Shown piece after piece: positions 21,227 to 32,154 of a DNA stretch of 64,000 nucleotides. Under the pieces are notes generated by a model. It was not told where the DNA came from and did not search any database. It saw only the letters and a program-made list of their open reading frames with translations. Position numbers and translations under genes: made by a program. Numbering within the stretch: position 1 is the stretch's first letter; each line of letters begins with the position of its first letter. The stretch is from an uncultured delta proteobacterium (GTDB taxonomy: Bacteria; Myxococcota_A; Polyangia; Polyangiales; B10-G4), in the NCBI GenBank assembly GCA_963727445.1, contig CAVSGI010000010.1, forward strand, positions 224,001 to 288,000, read 5' to 3'.

Positions 21227-21823
21227 TCAAGGGGGCGGTGGAGCGTTCGGGCATGGGGTGAGCGCGAACGTCCCGTCTGGGTGCGGTCGTTGCTCGAAGC
21301 AGCGCGCCGCGCATTGGCCATGCGCGTAGAAGTCGTATTGGAGCAGGTACATCGCGCCGACCCTCGGGTTGAGCGAGAAGCCTACCGAGCAGCGGCCGTC
21401 GACCTCCTGCTCGGTCCGCGTCACGTATCGGGTACGCAGGTGGGTGCGTGTGCAGTAGCGGGTCGTCGTGTAGGTGCTGTTGCCGAAGCCGGAGCGCTGC
21501 GTGCCGCAGGGATAGCGTTCGGTCTCGGTATAGGTCTGGGGAACCCTGCGCGTGATCGTGTGGAAGAAAGTGGAGCCGAGTTGCCACGCGCCGGTCTTCG
21601 GGCGAACCCGAACTGCCGTCGTTCGCGTTGCGCCTCGCGCCTCCGGATAGGGGACCCGGATCTCGTGACCATCGAGGGTGATGCGTTCCGTCATCTGAGG
21701 CCCGGGTTGCGAGTGATAGTTCACCCGCAGCTTCACTACGGCGTGTGGCTCACTGGCGGTGGGCGGGACGTAACGTGGAGGTGCGCATCCGAGGCACGCA
21801 AAGATGATCAACGCCGCGGACAC
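21227..21823 (-). CDS. Hypothetical lipoprotein
   Basis: IIFACLGC lipobox, Thr/Arg-rich beta segment, paired Cys; start inferred. Confidence 0.5.
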   Translation of the reverse strand: MSAALIIFACLGCAPPRYVPPTASEPHAVVKLRVNYHSQPGPQMTERITLDGHEIRVPYPEARGATRTTAVRVRPKTGAWQLGSTFFHTITRRVPQTYTETERYPCGTQRSGFGNSTYTTTRYCTRTHLRTRYVTRTEQEVDGRCSVGFSLNPRVGAMYLLQYDFYAHGQCAARCFEQRPHPDGTFALTPCPNAPPPP

Positions 21824-21946
21824 GTGGCGACACAGGTCGTCGAGCTCGAATCGCACTCGTTGATTCCAACGACTGCTTTGATCGGTGCGTCCACGAGGAG
21901 ATTCTACGCGGACGCGGCGCGAAACGCGCACACTCCGAAGGGGCGG

Positions 21947-23938
21947 CTACACCTGCGCGCGGGCGGCGTCCGTGCGGTCGCCGAAGATGTCTTCGGGGGT
22001 CGCGATGTAGCCCGCGACGGCGCTGGCGACGACGGTGAGGGGGCTCGCCAGGTAGACGTTGCCGGGCCCCGAGCGGCCCGGGAAGTTGCGGTTCTGGGCG
22101 CTGACCGTGACCTGGTTCGGGTCGTCGGACTTGCCAGGCCCCGCGTTGATGCAGGCGCCGCAGCTCGGGTTGATCACCTCGACGCCCACGCGCTGGAAGA
22201 GGTCGATGTAGCCCCTCCTTGGCGGCGTAGTCGCGGATGTGCTGCGAGCCGAACTGGATGTAGCAGCGCACGTCGGGCGCGACGCGCATGCCGCGCTTCT
22301 CCGCCTCGCGGAGCACCGCCGCGTACATGTCCATGTCGCTCTTCTTGCCGCCGGTGCAGCTGCCGCCGTAGGCGATGTCGATCTTCACCTTGTCGCCGAC
22401 GTCAGAGAGCGCGATGCCGTTCCGCGGGTCGCCGGGGGTGGCCACCATCGAGGGGACCTCGGCGAGATCGATGTCGAAGGTCTCGACGTAGCTGGCGTCG
22501 GGATCGCTCTTCACGATGCCCGCGCGGATCTGGTCCTTGGGCGTGCCCCGCATCTCGTGGATGTAGTCGACCACGACCTCGTCGGCTTCGATGATGCCGG
22601 TGAAGCCGCCCGCCTCCACAGCCATGTTGGTCAGGGTGGCCCGCTCGTCGAGGGGCATGCGCGACACGCCCTCGCCCGCGAACTCGAGCACCTTGCCGAT
22701 GCCCTTGGAGGTGCGGAAGAAAGGCTGGCTCAGGATGTAGAGCATCACGTCCTTGGCCGAGACGCCCTGTCGAAGCTCACCGCTCAGCACGAAGCGCACC
22801 GTCTCGGGCACCTTCACGCGGACGTCCTTCGTGTACCAGCTGTTCGCCATGTCGGTGCTGCCGACGCCGAAGGCGAAGCAGCCGAGCACGCCGGCCATGC
22901 AGGTGTGGCTGTCGGTGCCGGCCACCACCATGCCGGGGAGTGCCGAGATCCTCGACCACCGCGTTGTGGCAGATGGCCTCGGAGCCGCCGCCGCTGACCT
23001 CGCCGTAGAGCTTGAGGCCGTGCTTCTTCGAGAAGCTTGCCTGCGTGGTGGCGAGACCGTCGGCGTGCTCGAGGAGGCCCATCTTCCGCTTCGACTCCTC
23101 CATCACGTCGCCGAGATAGGTGAGATGGTCGCGGAAGGTGTAGACGCGTGTCGTGGTCGGTGACCGTCGCCTCCGGGCCGAAGCCCTGGCGGAAGAGCGA
23201 GTCGGCCATGGGCGTCACGTACTCGTGACTGAAGCGAACGTCGGTGCGCACGAAGAGCGCGTCACCCGGCGCCACCGCAGGGACGCCGAGGGCGCCGGTC
23301 TTGGCGTCGCGCACGGCGTGCTTGGCGATGATCTTCTCGACCATCGTCATGGGGCGCGCCGGCGTCTCGATCGGCGGCGGCGAGGTCTCACCCGCCATGC
23401 GGCGCTTGTTGTACTCGAAGAGCCCGCCGGAGCGGACGATCTCCGCGCTGATCGGGTCGAGCCCCTCGGTGAAGGTCGACAGCTCGATCTCCTCGCCGCG
23501 CAAGATGCGCGGGATGAGGGAGAAGTCGGTGGAGGTGAGCAGGCCGATGTTCTGGCAGTTCTGGCCGTAGATCTTCTCGATGCTCTCGGCGATGACCAGC
23601 TCGATGCCGGCCGTCTTCTCGCTGTAGGGCGCGGTCTCGCGGGAGCTGCCGCAGCCCTTGGACTCGCCGCTGACGATGACGCTGAAGCCGCCCTTCTTGA
23701 GGGTGTCCTTTTCGAAGAGACCGCCTCTCAGGCCCACCATCGAGTAACGGCCGAGGGTCTCGTCGTAGTAGAAGCAGACCCAACCCGGCGTGATCTCGTC
23801 GGTGCTGATGGCGTCGATCAGCTTCCGATCGGGATCGAAGGCCAGATCCTCTCCTTCGAGCTGCTTCTTCAGGAGCTCGAGGTCTTCGGTGAGAAAGAGG
23901 ATGCGTCCGTCGAAGTGGATCCGGTCGGGTCTTGCCAT
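21947..23938 (-). CDS. Aconitase-family hydro-lyase, LeuD-like + LeuC-like fusion (frameshifted near 23150, 22945, 22215)
   Basis: ISTDEITP, GCGSSRE, GTDSHT, TLTNMAVEAGG, GGSCTGGK, PSCGACING-like Cys cluster, QNRNFPGRSG, YLASP. Confidence 0.85.
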
Positions 23939-24068
23939 GAAGCGCCTACATTCATTAGAGGCCACGCCGTCCCCCCGCAAGGACTGTTCGAGGATCAGCG
24001 TGAGGAGAGATCTGTGAGGATCCACACTGGGACTGGCAATAGCTGAGAAAGGACTAGAATCCCGGGCG

Positions 24069-25728
<1,660 letters not shown>

Positions 25729-25854
25729 CCCCCCGCGCTCTTGCTCGTTCTCGACGCAAGCCGTCTCGAGCCACCCAACGTCGCGCAGCGCCAGCGCCCG
25801 AACGCACGCGTCGAGAGTGAGCCGCGTCCCCCGAACATCCTCGGCGGGACGAGC

Positions 25855-26495
25855 GCGACATCACGAGAAGGGGCCGCGATGCGGTCGCAAGTCGAGGCGT
25901 TGCGTGCGACGCAGCGAGAAATGACCGCGGTGCGGTCACAAGTCGGGACGTCGCGTGCGACGCAGCGAGAAATGACCGCGGTGCGGTCACAAGTCGGCAC
26001 GTTGCGTGCGACATCGCCAGAAATGACCGCGATGCGGTCACAAGTCGGGACGTCGCGTGCGACATCGCCAGAAATGACCGCGATGCGGTCACAAGTCGGG
26101 ACGTTGCGTGCGACGCAGCGAGAAATGACCGCGATGCGGTCACAAGTCGGGACGTCGCGTGCGACGCAGCGAGAAATGACCGCGATGCGGTCGCAAGTCG
26201 GGACGTCGCGTGCGACGCAGCGAGAAATGACCGCGATGCGGTCACAAGTCGGGACGTTGCGTGCGACGCAGCGAGAAATGACCGCGATGCGGTCACAAGT
26301 CGGGACGTTGCGTGCGACATCGCGAGAAATGACCGCGATGCGGTCGCAAGTCGGGACGTCGCGTGCGACGCAGCGAGAAATGACCGCGATGCGGTCACAA
26401 GTCGGGACGTCGCGTGCGACGCAGCGAGAAATGACCGCGATGCGGTCACAAGTCGGGACGTCGCGTGCGACATCGCCAGAAATGACCGCGATGCG
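25855..26495 (+). repeat. Tandem array A: ~12.5 x 51 bp double-hairpin repeat
   Basis: Consensus GAAATGACCGCGATGCGGTCACAAGTCGGGACGTCGCGTGCGACGCAGCGA; unit starts 25867, 25918 ... 26479 at exact 51-bp spacing. Confidence 0.95.
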
Positions 26496-26508
26496 AGGCG
26501 CCGCACCG

Positions 26509-27306
26509 TCACCATGTCGAGGCGGGCGCCCGAGCCGTGACACTGGCGGCCACGGCCTCCTCGAGCGCGATGCGGATGCGAAGCGCACGCAGCGCTTGAG
26601 GCGAGGCCGAACACGCGGCCAATCGCCGAGCGCTCCGCGGGGAGAGCGAAAGTGACCACGCGATCTCGGCGGTCGCGATTCCCAGCTGCCCCGCGAGCAC
26701 CGCGGCGGTGATCTTCGCTCCCATGACCGGGGCCTCTCTCCCGGAGAGCGGCGGGCCCGCCGCGAAGGCCGAGGACGCTGCCGCGGCGATCCGAGTAGGG
26801 CCCAAGGCGCGAAGCGCGGCGTCATCGAGAAGCGGGATGGACGGCGGCAGCCCCGCCGCTTCCAGCAGCGTCTCCGTCCGCAGGCGCGGCACGAGCTCGC
26901 GCACGCGCGGCGTGACGCCGGGAACGATCCGGGCTCCCACGAGATCCTGAAAGCACGATCCCGTCCAGAGCGCCGGATGGCCCGAGAGGCCGTGATGTTC
27001 GACCTGCCGCACCATGTAGGGGATCAGTCGCTTCAGGTGCTGCCGATCCCGCACCGGTTCGACGTGCGCGAGTCGAACATCGACCTGGGCGACCTTCTTC
27101 CACGCGAGGACCACCGACCGACCGACCCACGGGAAGCTCTCGCCATTGGCGAGCACCACCGTGTGCGCGTGATCATCGACGACGCAGAAGAGCACCACGC
27201 GCGCGCCGCTTCTTCCGAGTGCACGAACCGCCTGGCGCAGCGAGCGCTCATCTGGGAATGGGGGCAGACGACCGGCGGAGGTGAACGTCAGGTGGGCGCA
27301 TCGCAT
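26509..27306 (-). CDS. HUH (Y1) endonuclease/transposase, RAYT/TnpA-like, with C-terminal HTH-like region
   Basis: HLTF...R.PPF N-terminus, FCVVDDHAH (HUH), VRDRQHLKRLIPYMVRQ (candidate catalytic Tyr), GL...P..W.GS, and TAEIAWSLSLSPRSARR. Confidence 0.75.
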   Translation of the reverse strand: MRCAHLTFTSAGRLPPFPDERSLRQAVRALGRSGARVVLFCVVDDHAHTVVLANGESFPWVGRSVVLAWKKVAQVDVRLAHVEPVRDRQHLKRLIPYMVRQVEHHGLSGHPALWTGSCFQDLVGARIVPGVTPRVRELVPRLRTETLLEAAGLPPSIPLLDDAALRALGPTRIAAAASSAFAAGPPLSGREAPVMGAKITAAVLAGQLGIATAEIAWSLSLSPRSARRLAACSASPQALRALRIRIALEEAVAASVTARAPASTW

Positions 27307-27395
27307 GCGGGCCTTATCGACTCGGAGCGGTCGCGGTTGCGCCGGGCGCGAGTGCGGCTCGGTTGCAACTCGGATCCCTGGTGAGCGCGGGCAGA

Positions 27396-28272
27396 CCAGC
27401 GGTCACAACTCGGGTCGTCGGGGTCAACGCCGGCAGAAGTGACCGCCTCGCGGTCACAACTCGGGTCGTTGGCGTCAACGTGGGCAGAAGTGACCGCCCA
27501 GCGGTCACAACTCTCGTCGTCGGGGTCAACGCCGGCAGAAGTGACCGCCCAGCGGTCACAACTCGGGTCGTTGGCGCTAACGCCGGCAGAAGTGACCGCC
27601 CAGCGGTCACAACTCTCGTCGTTGCGGTCAACGCCGGCAGAAGTGACCGCCCAGCGGTCACAACTCGGGTCGTCGGGGTCAACGCCGGCAGAAGTGACCG
27701 CCCAGCGGTCACAACTCGGGTCGTCGGGGTCAACGCCGGCAGAAGTGACCGCCTCGCGGTCACAACTCTCGTCGTCGCGGTCAACGTGGGCAGAAGTGAC
27801 CGCCTCGCGGTCACAACTCGGGTCGTTGGCGCTAACGCCGGCAGAAGTGACCGCCCAGCGGTCACAACTCTCGTCGTTGCGGTCAACGCCGGCGGAAGTG
27901 ACCGCCCAGCGGTCACAACTCTCGTCGTCGGGGTCAACGCCGGCAGAAGTGACCGCCTCGCGGTCACAACTCTCGTCGGGGTCAACGCCGGCAGAAGTGA
28001 CCGCCCAGCGGTCACAACTCGGGTCGTCGGGGTCAACGCCGGCAGAAGTGACCGCCTCGCGGTCACAACTCTCGTCGTTGCGGTCAACGCGGGCAGAAGT
28101 GACCGCCCAGCGGTCACAACTCGGGTCGTTGGCGCTAACGCCGGCAGAAGTGACCGCCCAGCGGCCACAACTCTCGTCGTTGCGGTCAACGCCGGCGGAA
28201 GTGACCGCCCAGCGGTCACAACTCGGGTCGTCGGGGTCAACGCCGGCAGAAGTGACCGCCCAGCGGTCACAC
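27396..28272 (+). repeat. Tandem array B: ~17 x 51 bp double-hairpin repeat (one 48-bp unit)
   Basis: Consensus GAAGTGACCGCCCAGCGGTCACAACTCGGGTCGTCGGGGTCAACGCCGGCA; starts 27436 ... 27946, 27994 ... 28249; degenerate remnant at ~27359-27395. Confidence 0.95.
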
Positions 28273-28298
28273 CTCCGCCCGGTCGCCCTCAGGCCCAT

Positions 28299-28970
28299 TC
28301 ACGGAAACAATCGTGGCCACTCGGATATCAGCGGGGGCGCGTCGCCCTCCCAGGGTTCGTCGCACTGGCGCTCGCGGTACTCGAGCAGCTCGAGGTGGCC
28401 GTCCGTCAGACGATAGCGCCCGAAGCTGCCGCAATCGCCGATCCCGCGGTACTTGATGTGGTCGCGCGCTTCGCCGGTGTCCGGGTCGAACTCGAACCAG
28501 CCGGTGAGCGGACGGGAGGCGCGCTGCCCATCGGGACTGACGTATTCGAGGGTCAGCGCGCGGGCCTGGCCACCGGCCACGGTGAAGACGCGCCCCGCTT
28601 CCTGGTACGCCCCGATCTCGCAGACCATCCAGACGAGCACCGCGCCCTCCACACGATACGTATGCGGCCGGGTCGAAGCGGCGTCGTAGTCCGGGAGCCT
28701 GTCGAAGGGACAGGCTTCGGGGCTCCCGTAGGCCGCCTCGACAGCGTCGGCGTCGAACGGCTCGCCCGCCGCCTCGGCCGCCTCCGCCCAGGCGTCGAGC
28801 GGCAACCCGTCGACGTGCGCGCGACTCGGCGCCGGCTCCTCATCGGCCGAACCGATCTCGTCCATCTCCAGCGTCTCCGCGCGCGGCGGGCGGGCCGCCG
28901 ACATGGCTGGCTCCGCGCTCCCGCAACCCACGAGCAACGAAAGCGCGCACGCTGTGAGCCGAGCGAGCAT
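28299..28970 (-). CDS. DUF1176-like lipoprotein
   Basis: LVGC lipobox; CEIGAYQ and FDPDTG...KYRGIGDCG motifs. Confidence 0.65.
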   Translation of the reverse strand: MLARLTACALSLLVGCGSAEPAMSAARPPRAETLEMDEIGSADEEPAPSRAHVDGLPLDAWAEAAEAAGEPFDADAVEAAYGSPEACPFDRLPDYDAASTRPHTYRVEGAVLVWMVCEIGAYQEAGRVFTVAGGQARALTLEYVSPDGQRASRPLTGWFEFDPDTGEARDHIKYRGIGDCGSFGRYRLTDGHLELLEYRERQCDEPWEGDAPPLISEWPRLFP

Positions 28971-29168
28971 TCGCGGCGACGCTAGTGCCTGGTCCAATGA
29001 TGTGGAAGGGGAGATCGCGACGGGCGTCGGTCACGTCGCAAGGAGGGAAACCGAAGGACGTGCAGCGCACATTCGAGGTTTCCCGACGCCGCGAGGCGGC
29101 CGACGAACGAGCGAGAACCCTTCTACGTCATTGGACCAGGCACCAGCAGTCTCCCTCCGAAACGCTTC

Positions 29169-30377
29169 TTACGGTCCGGTGGGCGCGGGATTGCCCGGCT
29201 GCGTCGAGCCGCCGGTCCCCACGCTCGGGGCGGCTGGCTGCAGGCCGCCGCCTGAATTCGCGGGCTGCTGCTGAGGTTGCTGGGCGGGCGCCGGTGCGGG
29301 CGCTGGCTGCGGTGCAGGCGCGGGCGCAGGCGCGGGCTGCTGCTGCTCGCTGCCGCCCGCACTCTGCCCCTCGATCGCCACCAGGTCCTCGGAGCGCGCC
29401 ATGCCGCGCACCGCGACCGTGTCGTCGACGGCCACGAAGACGTCGACCTCACCGGTGTCGTAGCGGTTCATCTCGCGCGCCCAGCCATCCTGCTCGAAGA
29501 CGGCGATGACGCTGTCGTCGAAACGCAAGCGCGTGCCCGCCGGGACCTTCCACAGTGGGCGCGTGTCCTCCGCGGCGAGACGCTCGGGCACGTCGCCTGC
29601 CGGCGTGGCCGGGGTCGGGGCGCGCGTCGGGAGCGCCTCGGCCGGGCTGAGCTCGACGTTGGTGTACCCGACGAGATAAGGGCCAGTGCCCACGCGAACG
29701 GCGCTCCACTCTCCGCGCGCCGCGACGAGCTCCACGACCAGCGGCGGGTCGAGCGCCGGCAGCGTCGCCACCACGTCGCCGTTCGGGCGGTCGAAGACCT
29801 GGACCTCCTGGCCTGCGGGCAGGCTCTTCGGCTCGCCAGGCTCCGGGCCCGCGGCGTCCGCGCCGGTCACCTCGTCGGCACCGAGGCGATCCGTCGGGTA
29901 CTCACCGAGGAAGGGACCGAGCGCCGGCGCGTTCGCCTGCCCCAGCCACGGTCGCACCTCGATCCGCATGATGCCGTCACCCGCGCTGCCGCGGACGCCG
30001 ACGAGATCGTTCGGCGCGACGTAGGTCGGCGTGCCTCGCACGCGGCCCTTTTGCTGCACCCGCGCCGCGAGGCGCGCGATGCTCAGCCAGCCGCGAACCT
30101 TCAGCGGTCCGTCCACCATCACGTAGACGCGGTCGCCCACCGGCGCGCGGCCGATGCGCACCGGCACTCCGGCGGAGACGTATCCGATGGCGGGCGAGTC
30201 GGCGCCTTCGCTCAGGTAGAGCGCCGGGCCGCTTCCTTCGCTCGTGACGAGGCGAGAAGGCCACTCCTCGTCGCTCGAAGGCGTCCTGGTCTCGCCAGTC
30301 GTCGTCTCGGTGGTCGTTCCCCCGCAGCTCGCCGCCGCTGCGAGCGCGAGTACCCCAATCATCGCGCGAGCTTTCAT
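29169..30377 (-). CDS. Hypothetical lipoprotein with Pro/Gln/Ala-rich tail
   Basis: AASC lipobox, repeated SH3-like beta segments, QPAPAP tail. Confidence 0.65.
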   Translation of the reverse strand: MKARAMIGVLALAAAASCGGTTTETTTGETRTPSSDEEWPSRLVTSEGSGPALYLSEGADSPAIGYVSAGVPVRIGRAPVGDRVYVMVDGPLKVRGWLSIARLAARVQQKGRVRGTPTYVAPNDLVGVRGSAGDGIMRIEVRPWLGQANAPALGPFLGEYPTDRLGADEVTGADAAGPEPGEPKSLPAGQEVQVFDRPNGDVVATLPALDPPLVVELVAARGEWSAVRVGTGPYLVGYTNVELSPAEALPTRAPTPATPAGDVPERLAAEDTRPLWKVPAGTRLRFDDSVIAVFEQDGWAREMNRYDTGEVDVFVAVDDTVAVRGMARSEDLVAIEGQSAGGSEQQQPAPAPAPAPQPAPAPAPAQQPQQQPANSGGGLQPAAPSVGTGGSTQPGNPAPTGP

Positions 30378-30459
30378 GCCCAGGCCCAATACCGCAGATG
30401 TGGCGCCATCGCCAGTGGCACTCGCGATCGGCCACGACCGGGCCAACGACGAAGCGCCC

Positions 30460-31084
30460 TCAGCGCAGGCGGGGGCGCAGCTTGATCCCGAGAAAATCAG
30501 CGATCGCCTGGGCGCTCTGGCGGTCGATGTCGCCCAGGCGGTCCTCGACCACGGCCCGGGCGTTGGCGTGGGGTTCCCCCTTGAGGGCGGGGAGCACGGT
30601 CTTGGTCCACTCCACCAGGATCTTGCCGTCGGCGCTCCCGAGGGCCAGCTTGAGCACCGGCTCGAGGCGCTTCTGATAGGCCACGGACGCCGAGCAGAGG
30701 TTGGCGAAGGTGTTCACGATGCCGGCCTGGCCAGCCTCGCTGAGCTCCTCGAAGCCCTGCTTGAGCTTGTCGAGGTGCTTGGCCACCCGCGCGGGCGCGA
30801 CCTGGGCGATGGCGGGCAGGGCGTTGGCGCTCGCCTGCACGACGCGCTTGTTGTCCGAGCGGAGGCCGGCGACGAATCGATTCGACGTAGCTCGCCAGCG
30901 CTTCGGGCTTGCTCGTCGCGATCTCCCCGATGATGCGCGCGGACTGCGTGGCAGCCGTGCGTGGCCCGTCGACGAAGTTGTCCGCGTGAGCACCGATGGC
31001 GGCGTTGTCCTTTTCTTCGAGGAGCCGCGCGGCCTCTGCCGCGGCGCCGCCTGCCTTCTTGCTCGCTTTCTTTTTGGTCGCCAT
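30460..31084 (-). CDS. HEAT/ARM-like helical protein (frameshift near 30880)
   Basis: MATKKKASKK start joins FVAGLRSDNKRVVQASANALPAIA in another frame. Confidence 0.6.
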
Positions 31085-31142
31085 GGGCCGTCTGCCAGGA
31101 TAGGCGAAGCCTGCGCACGGCGTCGAGTGCGAATCGCGGCGA

Positions 31143-32154
31143 TCAGTCCTTCGCGAGGGCGGCGACGAGATGTGGAAGCGAGTCCTCGTAGCGATAGCTC
31201 GTCCCGCGATGCCCACCCGAAAACTCCTCGAAGTGGACCTTCGCCCCGGCCTCGCGCAACGCGCTTTCGAGCGCGCGAGCGGCGAATTGCGCGCCGTACT
31301 CGTCGACGTCACCGGCGTCGAGATAGACGAGGGAGAGCTGGGCGATCGCGTCCTTCGCGTTCTTCACGCGCACGAGAGGGTCGTGAGCCAGATAGCGCGA
31401 CCAGATCTCCACGAGGGGCTCGCCGGTGTGCAGGTCGAAGGGCAGCGCGGCGTGGGGCAGCGGCGCATCCGGCTCGGGTGCGTACGCAGTGGCCGTCGCG
31501 AGGAAGAAGAGCCCGTCGAAGTCCGGACCGCGCGGGCCTCGTTCGGTGATCTGCGCGCAGAACGCCTCGAGCCCACCGGCGGCGGCGTAGCTGATCGAGG
31601 CCTTGAGGAACATGGGCCTCAGGGTCACCTCGAAGGCGGCGTCCCCTGCGTGGCTTCCCACCACGGCGAAGACCTCCGGGCGATCCATGCCCAGGCGAAG
31701 CGCGCCGAAGCCGCCGGAGGAGCGTCCCACCACGGCGCGGGCCTCGCGCTTCGGGATCGTCCGATAGGCGGCGTCGACGTGCGGGACGATTCTCGTCGGC
31801 CAGATAGGTCTGGTAAGGCCCGGTCGCCGCCGAGTCGACGAACTGGCTCCCGCCCCAGCGGGTGATGGCGTCGGGCATCACGAGGATGGCCTCGTCGCAG
31901 GCGCCCGTCTCGAGGAGCGTCTCGTAGAGCTCGAGGAGATTCGGCTTCCAGATGTCGTAGCCGACGATGGAGCGATGGTTGGCGCCGAAGCCCGGCAGCA
32001 CCATCACGGTGGGATAGCGCTTCGTTCCCTCGTCGTAGCTCGGCGGCAGATAGGTGAGCACCTCGCGGCGCGTGGGGTCACCGAGGATGTTTCCTTCGAG
32101 GAGCTCGCTCTCGATCGTGGTGACGCAGAGCGTGCCGCGAAGCGGCGCCTTCAC
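31143..32154 (-). CDS. Esterase, alpha/beta hydrolase (enterochelin-esterase-like; frameshift near 31790)
   Basis: LLEGNILGDP, YLPPSY, GGSQFVDS, GRSSGGFG nucleophile elbow, DAGDVDEY, FSGGH. Confidence 0.85.

Larger units (their letters stand above)
25855..28272. mobile_element. REPtron-like cassette: HUH endonuclease between two hairpin arrays
   Basis: Fills the gap between convergent gpmI and DUF1176-like genes; mobility is inferred, not shown. Confidence 0.6.

Noticed and set aside
26509..27306. TIGR-Tas, TnpB/IscB or other RNA-guided nuclease
   Set aside because: No Nop, RuvC or HNH motifs recognised; motifs fit HUH/Y1, and the units lack variable guide segments
25855..28272. CRISPR array interpretation of the 51-bp repeats
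   Set aside because: No unique spacers (inter-hairpin segments are near-identical with a few recurring alleles) and no cas genes in the window
27288..28298. 17-aa repeat ORFs across the arrays (e.g. SCDRWAVTSAGVDPDDP; VPTCDRIAVISRCVARD at 25725-26825)
   Set aside because: Several frames on both strands are open simply because the 51-bp unit lacks stops; variants are largely non-synonymous (W/E, P/E) and track hairpin loops. Not fully excluded, since the period and the only indel (3 bp) preserve frame; Ribo-seq or proteomics would settle it
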